Below are positions 21,410 through 31,255 of a stretch of 64,000 nucleotides of DNA, piece after piece. Position 1 is the stretch's first letter. Each line of letters opens with the position of its first letter. Source of the stretch: an uncultured Planctomycetota bacterium (GTDB taxonomy: Bacteria; Planctomycetota; Planctomycetia; Pirellulales; Lacipirellulaceae); contig CAVRBU010000003.1 of assembly GCA_963719315.1 (NCBI GenBank), positions 400,206 to 464,205 of the forward strand. The letters run 5' to 3'. The translations under genes and the position numbers were made by a program. Below the pieces are notes generated by a model. The model did not search any database and was not told where the DNA came from. It saw only the letters and a list, made by a program, of their open reading frames with translations.

Positions 21410-22303
21410 ATGTCCACCGTTGAAAAATATCTGAAGCCCGAAGTCATTCGGCAGATTTCACGGCTGGATTTGCGCGCGCAATTCATTGTGCGGGGGTTTT
21501 TGCACGGGCTGCACGCCAGCCCGTACCACGGCTTCTCCGTCGAATTCAGCGAGCATCGCAAGTACACGCCGGGCGACGACCCGCACGATATCGATTGGCT
21601 GGTCTACGCCAAAACGAACAAGTATTACGTCAAAAAATTCGAGGCCGAGACGAACATCACCGGCTACCTGGCGATGGATCTCAGCGAGTCGATGGCGTAC
21701 ACGTATCGACAGGAGTTGACGAAATTCGACTACGCGATTTGCGTGGCGGCCGCGCTGGCGTATTTGATGATTCATCAGAGCGATCCCGTGGGGGTCGTGA
21801 CATTCGCCGAGCGGATCTCAAATTACTTGCCGCCGAAAAGTAAGCGACAACAGATCGGCAATATCCTGTCGCTGCTCGCGCGGCTGCGGCCGGCGGGAAA
21901 GACGGACGTGGCGCGGAGCCTCGTGCAACTCGCCGCGATGCTGAAACACTCCAGCCTGGTGATGATCTTCAGCGATTTGCTGGCCGACCCGGAGCCGATC
22001 ATTACGGCGCTGCGGCGGCTGCGGCACGGCGGGCACGACGTGATCCTGTTTCACATTTTGGACGAAGCCGAGGTGAAGTTTCCGTTTTCTGGGCTCGTGG
22101 AACTCGAGGAGCCGGAGACGCACGTGCGATTGGAGTTGGATGCGGACAGTTACCGCCGCGACTACTTGCAGGAGATCGAGCAGTTCCGCGAGACGTACCG
22201 CCGCGAGTGCTTTCAGAGCGGCATCGATTACGTGCCGCTCGATACGAGCATGCCGTTCGACCGGGCGCTGACGGAGTATTTGTTGATGCGGCAATCGCGG
22301 TAA
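21410..22303 (+). CDS. DUF58 domain protein
   Basis: GLHASPYHGFSVEFSEHRKYTPGDD...IDW; follows moxR. Confidence 0.92.
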   Translation: MSTVEKYLKPEVIRQISRLDLRAQFIVRGFLHGLHASPYHGFSVEFSEHRKYTPGDDPHDIDWLVYAKTNKYYVKKFEAETNITGYLAMDLSESMAYTYRQELTKFDYAICVAAALAYLMIHQSDPVGVVTFAERISNYLPPKSKRQQIGNILSLLARLRPAGKTDVARSLVQLAAMLKHSSLVMIFSDLLADPEPIITALRRLRHGGHDVILFHILDEAEVKFPFSGLVELEEPETHVRLELDADSYRRDYLQEIEQFRETYRRECFQSGIDYVPLDTSMPFDRALTEYLLMRQSR

Positions 22304-22344
22304 TGCGTTTTGGAGCCAAAGAGGACGCAAAGAAGAGACTTCAG

Positions 22345-22425
22345 ATTTGTCATTGGTAATTGGTAATTTGAAATTGGTCATTTCAGATATGGCCAATGAC
22401 AAATGACCACTTTGCAATGACAAAT
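22345..22425 (+). repeat. 81-bp AT-rich palindromic heptamer element, copy A
   Basis: Five mismatches to 41432-41512; reverse-complement copy at 28335-28415. Confidence 0.9.
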
Positions 22426-22487
22426 TTCTATTCTTCATTCCATCGCCTGTGTAGTCTCTGTGGCAAAGACTTTTGGGAAGTATCGAG

Positions 22488-24694
22488 ATGGGCTTCGTAA
22501 CACCAGCTTTGCTCGCCGGCGCGGCGCTTGTAGCGTTGCCGATCGTGCTGCATCTCATCATGCGGCGGGAGTCGAAGCTGCTCAAGTTTCCCGCGTTGCG
22601 GTTCGTGCAGCAGAGGCGAATGTTGAACCAGCATCGGCTGCGGTTGAGGCAGTGGCTGCTCTTGGCGCTGCGGTGCGCGATTATCGCATTTTTGGCGTTT
22701 GCTCTGGCGCGGCCGACCTTGCGCGGGTCGATTGGTGCCGGCAAGGAGGGCGCGGCCGTGGCGTCGGCGCTCGTGTTTGATAACTCGCTGCGGATGCAGT
22801 ACGAGAGCGACAACCAAACGCGGTTGCAGAAGGCGAAGGAGCTGGCCGGCTGGCTCGTCAATCAACTGCCGGCCGATAGTCCGGTGACGATCGTCGATCG
22901 GGCCGGCCAACAACGGGGGCAGGATTTGACCCGCGACGCGGTCGAAATGCGGATTGAGCGGTTGGACCTGAGCGCGGCCGTGCGGCCGATGGAGGATGCG
23001 CTCCGCGACGCCACGCGTTGGCTACAGAGCAAAAAGGATTATCGCGGCGAGATATATGTGTTTACCGATTTGTCGGCCGAAGCCTGGCCGGAGGCGACGG
23101 TCGCCGCGTTCGCCAAGTCGCTCGATGAAATGCCCGGTGCGAACGTTTATTTGGTGGATGTAGGGGCGCTCGAGCCGAAAGATCGCGGGTTGGGAGCGCT
23201 AAAGCTTTCGGGGCAGCAGGTTGCGTCCAGCGGGCTGCTTCAATTAACGACCGAGTTGTTGACGACTGGCGCGGCGGGCAAGGAGCCGGAAACCACAGTC
23301 GAGCTGTTCATGGGCGATCGCGCGGAAAAGCCCGAGAAACGCGGACAGCAAATCGTTGTGAATCACGATCCCTCGACGCCCGTCGAGTTTTCGCTCTCGG
23401 GATTGGAGCCGGGCACGCACCAGGGTTTTGTGCGGATCGTGGGGCGCGACGCCCTGCCCTGCGACGATGTGCGCTACTTCACGGTCGACGTGCGGCCGCC
23501 AAGCAAAGTTTTATTGCTGGGCGAAAAAGCGGCCGACACGCTCTTCCTGCACGAAGCGCTCGCGCCCACGGCCGCAGTTGGCGTGGCCCAATCGGAGTTC
23601 GCCTGCGACGTGCGGCAGTACAGCGAGGTTGGCAAAGCACGCTTGGCGGATTATGCGGCCGTGTTTCTGGTGAATCCGCCGCCGCTGCCGAATGCGGTCT
23701 GGGATTCACTGGCAGATTTTTCCGAAGCGGGCGGCGGCGTGGGGATTTCGTTGGGTCGCAATGCACGCCGCGAAGAAATGAACGGCAGCGAAGCCCAGCG
23801 GCTGCTGCCGGCCAAGCTGCGCTGGCAATCGCACGAGCCGACTTACTTGCGGCCGGTCGCCGTCGAGCATCCGGCGCTCAGCAGTTTGGCGGGAATGGCC
23901 GATAGCGTGCCGTGGTCTGAGTTTCCGGTGTTCAAGTATTGGGAATTGGAGCCGGGCGCGGTGACGGCCGACGTTGTAGCCACGTTTGCCAACGGCAAGC
24001 CGGCGATCGTGGAGCGGCAAATTGGCACGGGCCGCGTGCTGATGATGACGACTTCGATTTCCGATAACGCCTCGGACAATCCGTGGAATCTGCTGCCGAC
24101 GGCGCCCGACCCGTGGCCGTTCATTGCGCTCGCGAATGGATTGGCCCGCTATTTGACGGCGCGGGCCAATCGCAAGTGAATTACCTGGCCGGCCAGACGG
24201 TCGTGTTGCCGCTTGCGCCCGATGAGCAGGTGTCTAGCTACGTGCTGCAATTGCCCGATTCGAGCGCGGTGCGGCAATCGCTGGCGGCGGGGCAGCACGA
24301 TCTTTCGATCTCGTCGGCCGATGCGGTGGGCAATTATCGAGTTCGCGCCGGTGGCGAGAACGAGCGGCTCGACCGCGGCTTTAGCGTGAACGCGCCGGCT
24401 GAAGTGGGCCGGTTGGAACGCGTCGAGGCGCCGGAGCTTGTAAAAAGTTTGGGAAGCGAACGGACGCGCATCGCTCGGACGCGCAACGAGATTGAGCTGC
24501 GCGTGGGCGTGGGGCGAATCGGCCGAGAGCTCTTTCCGGTCCTTATTTTGGCGGTAGCGCTGATCATGGCGGCCGAGCAATTGTTGGCCAATCGATTTTA
24601 TGAATCCGTGGGCGAAACGCGTTCCCAAGCTCCGCGTGGCAATGCACTAACTGGAAGTACCGCGTCCTATGACGATGTAGTTCATACAAGTTAG
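22488..24694 (+). CDS. BatA/vWA-domain membrane protein, frameshift near 24157
   Basis: LPIVLHLI...FPALRF...LLLALR BatA N-terminus; VFDNSLRM; ORFs join if one base is added in gacggcgcggg. Confidence 0.85.
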
Positions 24695-24793
24695 CGGTAC
24701 AAGCGCCAGAGCGCGATAAGGAATTGCGTCCTGGACAATGTGCGGAAAGCTTCGGGCTGAGGTTAAGGGAAAGCTGTGAGCGGAGTTACAACA

Positions 24794-25042
24794 ATGAGCA
24801 ATCCGAAGAAGCGATATTGGTTTCCCGCGAAGCGTTACGGATGGGGTTGGGGGCTGCCCGCGACGTGGCAGGGATGGGTCGTTTTCATAATTTGGATTGC
24901 AATAATCGTTCTCGCATCGCCGTGGCTGGCAATCCGCAGCCTTCCATGGTTCTTTTCGTTTATCGCAATGATGACTGCAATTCTGATTGCAATCTGCTAC
25001 ATCAAGGGAGAGCCTCCACGTTGGCGCTGGGGCGGAGAATAA
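24794..25042 (+). CDS. Small two-TM membrane protein
   Basis: YWFPAKRYGWGWGLPATWQGW...KGEPPRWRWG; flanked by REP-like halves. Confidence 0.75.
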   Translation: MSNPKKRYWFPAKRYGWGWGLPATWQGWVVFIIWIAIIVLASPWLAIRSLPWFFSFIAMMTAILIAICYIKGEPPRWRWGGE

Positions 25043-25118
25043 TTACCACAGCAACAAAGTAATCAGCCAATACCAGGCGGTGCGTTCCCACACGAATCGT
25101 GGGAATGAGGATCTTTGC

Positions 25119-27506
25119 ATGATCGAACTTCGCTTCCAACCCGTGGTAAGTTTACCGGTCGTCTTGGCGGTGACGGGTGTGTTGCTGGGGTTGCTCTTCA
25201 TTCGACCGCGGCATGTGCAGTTGTTACGCCGGCAGTGGGCGGCGTTGATTGGGTTGCGGCTCGCCGTCGTGCTGCTGATGCTGTTCGCGCTGTTGCGGCC
25301 GTCGCTCGTGTACACAAAAGTCGAACCGGTGAAAGGTTCGCTCGTCATGCTCGTGGACGGATCGCGAAGCATGCAGGTAGCCGATTCGCTGGGCGACAAA
25401 TCTCGCTGGGACGCGATGAAGCTGCTGTTGGATGCTTCCGCGAAAGACATCGCGAAGCTGGTTGCTAAATGGGACGTAACGGCGTATCTGTTTGACCATG
25501 AAACGAAGAAGTTGGAATTACGCGACGGCAAATTGGAGTTGGCCGCGACCGCGGGGGGCGACGAGTCGGCCATCGGCGCGGCGATTGGCGACGCGCTCGA
25601 TCGCGAAACGAGCAAACGGGTTTTGGCCGCGCTGCTGTTGAGCGACGGCGCGCAGCGCGCGGGGCCGCCGCGCGATTTGCCGCCGCAAGTGGCGGCCCGC
25701 CGGCTGGCGGCCGAAAGCATCCCGCTGTACACGTTCACCTTCGGCAAGAGCGGCGGCAGCGAACGGGCCGACTTGAGTGTGGGCGATCTCGTAACGAATG
25801 AAACAATCTTCACCGAGACGCCGACCGAAGTGCGGGCGCGGCTCACGGCCGAAGGCTACGCCAACCAGCGCGTGAAGGTGCAACTTTTGTGGGAGGCCGC
25901 CAACGGCATGGAGGTCGTCGAAACGACGCTAGTGGACACGGGCAACGAAGGCGCTGCCATTCCGATCGCGCTCCGTTACACGCCGAGAAAGCCGGGCGAG
26001 TATAAGGTCACGGTCCGAGTTGAACCGCGCGAGGGGGAACTCATTACGAGCAACAACGAAGTGAGCACGTTTGTCACCGTGCGGCCGGGCGGCATCAATG
26101 TGCTGTACCTGGTCGGAACGCAGCGCGTGGGGGGCGGACCGGGGCAGGAACAGCGATTCGTGCGGGCATCGCTGGCGCAATCGCCGGATATCGTCGTGAG
26201 GCGGCGGCTCATCAATTACGAGCCGCCAGGGGCGGATATTACGGACCTGATTGGGAAAGGCAGACCTTCGGAGGGCCGAAGTGCGGCGTCAGGAGACCCG
26301 CGCACAACAAACACAACGATTCCAGCGCCGGATGTGGTTGTCCTCGATAACGTCGACATGCAGGGGCTGAGCCCGGCAAGTTGGCAGGCGATCGCGGAGC
26401 GCGTGCAGAAGGGCATGGGCCTGATCATGATTGGCGGCTACCACAGCTTCGGGCCGGGCGGATTTCGCAGTTCGCCGCTGGCCGACGTGCTGCCGATGGA
26501 AATCGGACCGGCCCAGCGGCAGGAGTTCGGCGAACCAGTGCGGCAGGATGTGCAGTTGCCGGGGCCGCTCCACATGCGGCCGGCGCCGCCGCTCGGGATG
26601 CGGCATCCGGTGATGCAGTTGCAGGGGACAGGGTTCAGCGTTCAGGGTTCGGGCAAGAACTCAAACGCGGGCCCTGAACCCCAATCCCTGAACCCTTGGA
26701 CGCAGTTGCCGCCGCTGGATGGCGCGAATCGGTTCGAGCGCGGCGAATTGAAGCCGAATGCGCAGGTGCTGGCCGAGGCGGACGATCCACAGAAACATCC
26801 GCTGCTTGTGGCCGGTCAGTCGGGCGAAGGGCGCGTCCTCGCGTTCGCCGGCGATTCGACGTGGCGCTGGCAGATGGGCGGGTTTGGCGAGGCCCATCGG
26901 CGTTTTTGGCGGCAGTGCGTACTCTGGCTCGCGAAGAAGGATGAGCACACCGAGGGTCGTGTGTGGGTCAAGCTGGCAGGCCGGCGCGTGGCGCGCGGGA
27001 CGCGCGTCGATTTCAACGTCGGCGCGGATAGCCCACAAGGCGAACCGGTTGCGACGGCCAAGTTTGACGTTTCCGTGCAGTCGCCAGATGGACGAAGCGA
27101 ATCGGTCCGACCGACGAAGACGGCCGATGGTTGGGCCACGACGTTCCGCGACACGACCAAGCCGGGCGATTACCGGATCGCCGTAAAAGCCAAAGACGGC
27201 ACCGCGGAACTGGGCACAGCGGAAGCCCGCTTCCTGGTGCCGAATCAAGACATGGAACTGGATCGACCGGCGGCCGAGCCGACCCTGATGGCCCAATTGG
27301 CCGAAATGACCAAGCCGGCCGGCGGCGCGGCCCTCGCGGCGGAGGAGTTGCCCGATCTGTTGAAGCGCCTGGCGGCGAAACCGCCGGAGCTGAAGCAAGA
27401 AGTCGTCGCCAAAGTTACTTACTGGGACACGTGGCCGTTCTTCTTGATCTTCGTCGGGCTGTTGGGCGGTGAGTGGTATTTAAGGAAGCGGTGGGGGTTG
27501 GTGTAG
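25119..27506 (+). CDS. vWA + glutamine-amidotransferase-like (DUF1355-type) membrane protein
   Basis: LVDGSRSM, LLSDG, MIGGYHSFGPGGF and GEGRVLAFAGDSTWRW; C-terminal EWYLRKRWGLV. Confidence 0.85.
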   Translation: MIELRFQPVVSLPVVLAVTGVLLGLLFIRPRHVQLLRRQWAALIGLRLAVVLLMLFALLRPSLVYTKVEPVKGSLVMLVDGSRSMQVADSLGDKSRWDAMKLLLDASAKDIAKLVAKWDVTAYLFDHETKKLELRDGKLELAATAGGDESAIGAAIGDALDRETSKRVLAALLLSDGAQRAGPPRDLPPQVAARRLAAESIPLYTFTFGKSGGSERADLSVGDLVTNETIFTETPTEVRARLTAEGYANQRVKVQLLWEAANGMEVVETTLVDTGNEGAAIPIALRYTPRKPGEYKVTVRVEPREGELITSNNEVSTFVTVRPGGINVLYLVGTQRVGGGPGQEQRFVRASLAQSPDIVVRRRLINYEPPGADITDLIGKGRPSEGRSAASGDPRTTNTTIPAPDVVVLDNVDMQGLSPASWQAIAERVQKGMGLIMIGGYHSFGPGGFRSSPLADVLPMEIGPAQRQEFGEPVRQDVQLPGPLHMRPAPPLGMRHPVMQLQGTGFSVQGSGKNSNAGPEPQSLNPWTQLPPLDGANRFERGELKPNAQVLAEADDPQKHPLLVAGQSGEGRVLAFAGDSTWRWQMGGFGEAHRRFWRQCVLWLAKKDEHTEGRVWVKLAGRRVARGTRVDFNVGADSPQGEPVATAKFDVSVQSPDGRSESVRPTKTADGWATTFRDTTKPGDYRIAVKAKDGTAELGTAEARFLVPNQDMELDRPAAEPTLMAQLAEMTKPAGGAALAAEELPDLLKRLAAKPPELKQEVVAKVTYWDTWPFFLIFVGLLGGEWYLRKRWGLV

Positions 27507-27514
27507 CAGTAGCA

Positions 27515-27577
27515 GTAGGGCGGGCACCACCCACCATAGCTCTTAGCCGACAGATTGGTGGGCAGTGCCCACCCTAC
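27515..27577. repeat. GTAG-type REP doublet (REPIN-like) between convergent genes
   Basis: gtagggcgggcaccacccacc ... ggtgggcagtgcccaccctac. Confidence 0.8.
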
Positions 27578-28281
27578 TCTTTGTCCGCGGTCCAGGTCCA
27601 GTGGCGGTCGGAAGTCACGCGGACGGTGTTGGGCGCGACGCCGAAATTGGCGACCAATTCGGCCATTTCTTCCGCCGTGAGTGCCGCGCGAAGGGAATCA
27701 GCGAAGAGCCGGCGTTGGTACGGTGTAGCTTCGTTGGCGTACGTGTTGACCAGGATCTGCACGGCCGGTTCGTCGAGCGGGCGGGCGAGGTCGCGGTGGA
27801 ACAACAGGCCGCCGGGGGCGGTGACGCGAATGGCTTCAGAGACGACCGTTCGCGGATCGGGGATGTGGTGGATGATGCTGTTGCTGATGACGACGTCGTA
27901 GGAGGCGTCGGCGAACGGGAGTTTTTTCGCGTCGGTGAGCGTGAACGTGATACGATCCGCGAGGCGCGCGGCAGCGATATTGGAACTTCCGAGCGCAAGC
28001 ATATTCAGAGCGGCGTCTACGGCGGTAATGTGAACGTGCGGCGCGCGGCGGGCCAGCTCGATCGGGATTTGGGCCGTGCCGGCGCCGAGATCGAGGAGCT
28101 TGAGCGCCTTTCGCTGGGGGCTCGCTCGCGCTCGACCCCAGTCACCCTGCGACCAGTTCGACATGGCCGCAAGCAGATCGTTGACGAACACCGCGTTGAC
28201 GGCGGAGTGGTCCATCGCGTCGTATTCACGCGCGTCGTCGGCGGTGTCCATCAGTTCAGGTTCGAGGGTGCGTTCAAGCAT
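27574..28281 (-). CDS. Class I SAM-dependent methyltransferase
   Basis: RTLEPELMD, LDLGAGTAQIP and DAKKLPF...YDVVISNSIIHH. Confidence 0.9.
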   Translation of the reverse strand: MLERTLEPELMDTADDAREYDAMDHSAVNAVFVNDLLAAMSNWSQGDWGRARASPQRKALKLLDLGAGTAQIPIELARRAPHVHITAVDAALNMLALGSSNIAAARLADRITFTLTDAKKLPFADASYDVVISNSIIHHIPDPRTVVSEAIRVTAPGGLLFHRDLARPLDEPAVQILVNTYANEATPYQRRLFADSLRAALTAEEMAELVANFGVAPNTVRVTSDRHWTWTADKE

Positions 28282-28334
28282 TGCAATAGGGTTTTTTACC
28301 ACAGGACACAAAGAGGACGGAGAATAAGCTAAAA

Positions 28335-28415
28335 CTTTGTCTTTGCAAATTGGTCATTTGCCATTGGCCATATCAGAAATGACCAATTTCAAATTACAAA
28401 TTACCAATGACCAAT
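28335..28415 (-). repeat. 81-bp palindromic heptamer element, copy B (inverted), inside outer inverted arms 28297-28459
   Basis: Reverse complement of 22345-22425; outer arms ttaccacaggacacaaagaggacggagaa / ttcttcgcgctctccgtgtctcggtggtaa. Confidence 0.85.
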
Positions 28416-28463
28416 CTTTGTTATTCTTTTCTTCGCGCTCTCCGTGTCTCGGTGGTAAACACT

Positions 28464-29456
28464 TCATGGATTGATCACGATCTTACCCGCCAGTGCGCCG
28501 GACTTTCCTACCGTGCTTCCTTCTTGAAGGCGGTGGGCGGCGGCGGTCTCGGCCAACGGCATCACGCGATCGATGCGCGGTTTCAGTTTGCCGGCGGCGA
28601 GCCAGCAATTGATGTCGGCGGCGGCGGCCCGCAATTCGTCGGCCGTGGCGTTGAACATCGCGAAGCCGTACAGATGGCAGCCCTTCACGTAGAACGGGCC
28701 AACCGGGAACGCGGGCCGGGCGTCGCGGCCGGCCATGAGGATCATGCGGCCGCGGGGGGCCAGGAGCGGAACGGCCTCTTCGAAATTTGGCTCGCGGAGC
28801 GTTTCCCACCAGACGTTGACGCCTCCGGGCGCCGCCACTTTGATGCGGGCCGGCACGTCTTCGGTTTTGTAGTTGATGGCCGCATCGGCGCCGAGCGCGC
28901 GGCAAGCGGCAACTTTCTCGTCGCTGCCGGCGGTGGTGATGACTTTCGCGCCGATCGCTTTCGCCATCTGCACGACCATCGAGCCGACGCCGCCGGTGCC
29001 GCCGTTGACAAACAGCGTTTCGCCGGCTTGCAACTTGGCATCGCGCACGAGGCCAAGGTGCGCAGTCAAGCTCACGAGCGCGCAGGCGGTCGCGGTTTCG
29101 TCGCTCACGCCGGTTGGAATTGGGTAGAGCCAACGCTCATCGACGGCGGCAAATTCGGCAAACGTCCCCTGACGGCCGAGCAGGCCCTGGCAGGAACCCC
29201 ACACGCGGTCGCCGACCTTATATCGCTCTGCGCTGGGGTCAACTTTTTCGACGACTCCGGCCAAATCGCAGCCGACAATGAACGGCAGCGGGATGTTCAT
29301 GGGGATCGTGCCGGCGCGGATGTAAGTATCAACCGGGTTGAGTGCGGCTGCCTTTACGCGCACGAGGACTTGGCCTTCGGTCGGTGTGGGTGTGGGCAGG
29401 TCGCCGATGAGGATGTTCTCGGGCGGGCCGGGGGATTTGATGTATGCCGCTTTCAT
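28464..29456 (-). CDS. qor: NADPH:quinone reductase (MDR family)
   Basis: VLVRVKAAALNPVDTYIRAG, GGTGGVG and GKIVI. Confidence 0.9.
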   Translation of the reverse strand: MKAAYIKSPGPPENILIGDLPTPTPTEGQVLVRVKAAALNPVDTYIRAGTIPMNIPLPFIVGCDLAGVVEKVDPSAERYKVGDRVWGSCQGLLGRQGTFAEFAAVDERWLYPIPTGVSDETATACALVSLTAHLGLVRDAKLQAGETLFVNGGTGGVGSMVVQMAKAIGAKVITTAGSDEKVAACRALGADAAINYKTEDVPARIKVAAPGGVNVWWETLREPNFEEAVPLLAPRGRMILMAGRDARPAFPVGPFYVKGCHLYGFAMFNATADELRAAAADINCWLAAGKLKPRIDRVMPLAETAAAHRLQEGSTVGKSGALAGKIVINP

Positions 29457-29500
29457 GTTCGTAGCCCTGCTCGATGGTTTGCGATGTCAGTTCTTCACGA

Positions 29501-29572
29501 AGACAAGGAGGCAAGGAGACAAGGAGAGGGAAAGACAAGGAGAATCATATTCAAACCGCAACTCCTTGTCTT
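29501..29572. repeat. Octamer repeats (agacaagg) with inverted partner
   Basis: agacaaggaggcaaggagacaagg ... ctccttgtct; same family at 33259-33337. Confidence 0.7.
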
Positions 29573-29637
29573 CGATGTTATTCGATTGCGGTTCGACTGC
29601 AATGGAGTGTCGCGAACTCAGTGCTTATACTAGCGGA

Positions 29638-31203
29638 ATGCCCCAGTCGCGAACTACCACCGGCATTTTTCTCGTAGTTTTGCTGGCGGTGATTGGATAC
29701 GTGCTGGTGATGCTGCCGCCACGGCTCGTGGAACAGTATTACCATGCCCAGCAGATCAGCCCGTGGATTGCGTACATATATGCGGGAGTTGTTGGTTTCG
29801 GTGCGTTGCTTCTCGGCGCGCTGCTGCTGGCGATCCTGATTCACCTTTGGCGGAACACGCGGCAGAAGGCGGCCGACCGCGAGCGGCGGAATTTGAGCCC
29901 GAGCCAGATGTCGACCGGCGCACAGGAACAGGAATTTGCGGACAACCTCGCCGCCGGCCGCGAATTTGCCGATGCCGGGTGGATGACGCCGGAGGTCAAG
30001 GCGGAGATTGCCGCGGCCGTGGCGGAGCTCGAGGCCAAGCGCGAGTCGCAGCAATTGGAGATCGTGGCGTTCGGCACGATTTCGAGTGGCAAGTCGTCGC
30101 TCTTGAACGCGCTGGCGGGTCGGCCGGTGTTTCGCACGAACGTAGTGGGCGGCACGACGACGACGCGGAGTGAAATCCCCTGGGTCGCCGCGGCGACCGA
30201 TCACGTGGTGCTGGTCGATACGCCGGGGCTTGCCGAAGTCCGCGGCGAAGCTCGGGCGGCCGAATCGGCCGAGGCCGCGAAGAATGCCGACCTTGTGCTA
30301 TTCGTCGTGGATGGACCGCTCAAGGCGTATGAATCGGAATTGTTGGAAGCGCTGGCGGCGATGGAGAAGCGGATCGTCGTCTGCCTCAACAAGGAAGATT
30401 GGTACGATGCGCCGCAGCGCGATGAGCTATTGCGGCAACTATCGGAGCAGATTGCGCCGGCGGTGAACGCGGCCGATGTCGTGGCCGTTCGCAGCCGGCC
30501 CACCAAGCGGCGGCGCGTACACGTGCTTTCGGACGGTACCGAGCAGGAGGAAGAAGTGCCGGTCGAGCCGGATATCGGGCCGCTGGCTAAGCGCATGATG
30601 TCGATCGTGCAGCGTGATGGGCGTCAATTATTGTTGGGGAATCTGCTGTTGCAATCGCGGGGGCTGGTCGATGAAGCGAAAGATCGCGTGCTCGCGTCGC
30701 TCGATGAACGGGCCGAGGAAGTCGTCAGCAAATACATGTGGGCGGCCGGCGGGGCGGCGGCGATTAACCCGTTTCCGCTGTTGGATCTGGCCGGCGGCAG
30801 CACGATCACGGTCAAAATGGTGCTCGACCTGGCGAATGTGTACAGCCAGAAAGTGGATGTCGATACGATCGTCACATTGCTAGGGCAGTTGGGCAAAAAC
30901 TTGATTGCAATGGTCGGGGCGTCGGCCGCCGCGCCGGCGCTGGGCGCCGCAATCGGATCGGTGCTCAAAACGGTGCCGGGAATCGGCACGATCGCGGGCG
31001 GCGCAGTGCAAGGGCTAGTGCAAGCGCTCGTGACACGATGGATTGGTCGCGTGTTTTGCGAATACTTCCGCCGCGAGATGCAGCCGCCACCGGGCGGCCT
31101 GGCCGAATTGGCGCGACGCGAGTGGGCCGAGGTCACGCGGCCGGAGCAATTGCGGAAGTTGATTCAGTTGGGACGGGAACGATTGACGAACAAAGTTAAG
31201 TAG
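29638..31203 (+). CDS. Era-like GTPase + DUF697/YcjF domain, with two N-terminal TM helices
   Basis: GTISSGKSS, DTPG and NKED; INPFPLLDL DUF697-like segment. Confidence 0.85.
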   Translation: MPQSRTTTGIFLVVLLAVIGYVLVMLPPRLVEQYYHAQQISPWIAYIYAGVVGFGALLLGALLLAILIHLWRNTRQKAADRERRNLSPSQMSTGAQEQEFADNLAAGREFADAGWMTPEVKAEIAAAVAELEAKRESQQLEIVAFGTISSGKSSLLNALAGRPVFRTNVVGGTTTTRSEIPWVAAATDHVVLVDTPGLAEVRGEARAAESAEAAKNADLVLFVVDGPLKAYESELLEALAAMEKRIVVCLNKEDWYDAPQRDELLRQLSEQIAPAVNAADVVAVRSRPTKRRRVHVLSDGTEQEEEVPVEPDIGPLAKRMMSIVQRDGRQLLLGNLLLQSRGLVDEAKDRVLASLDERAEEVVSKYMWAAGGAAAINPFPLLDLAGGSTITVKMVLDLANVYSQKVDVDTIVTLLGQLGKNLIAMVGASAAAPALGAAIGSVLKTVPGIGTIAGGAVQGLVQALVTRWIGRVFCEYFRREMQPPPGGLAELARREWAEVTRPEQLRKLIQLGRERLTNKVK

Positions 31204-31255
31204 TGATCAAATCCCGCAGGGATTGTCTTTGTCGCAGATCGCTCGAACAAAACAA

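Noticed and set aside
29338..29637. N-terminal extension of the first GTPase ORF
   Set aside because: It overlaps qor on the opposite strand and runs through octamer repeats; ATG 29638 is more plausible.
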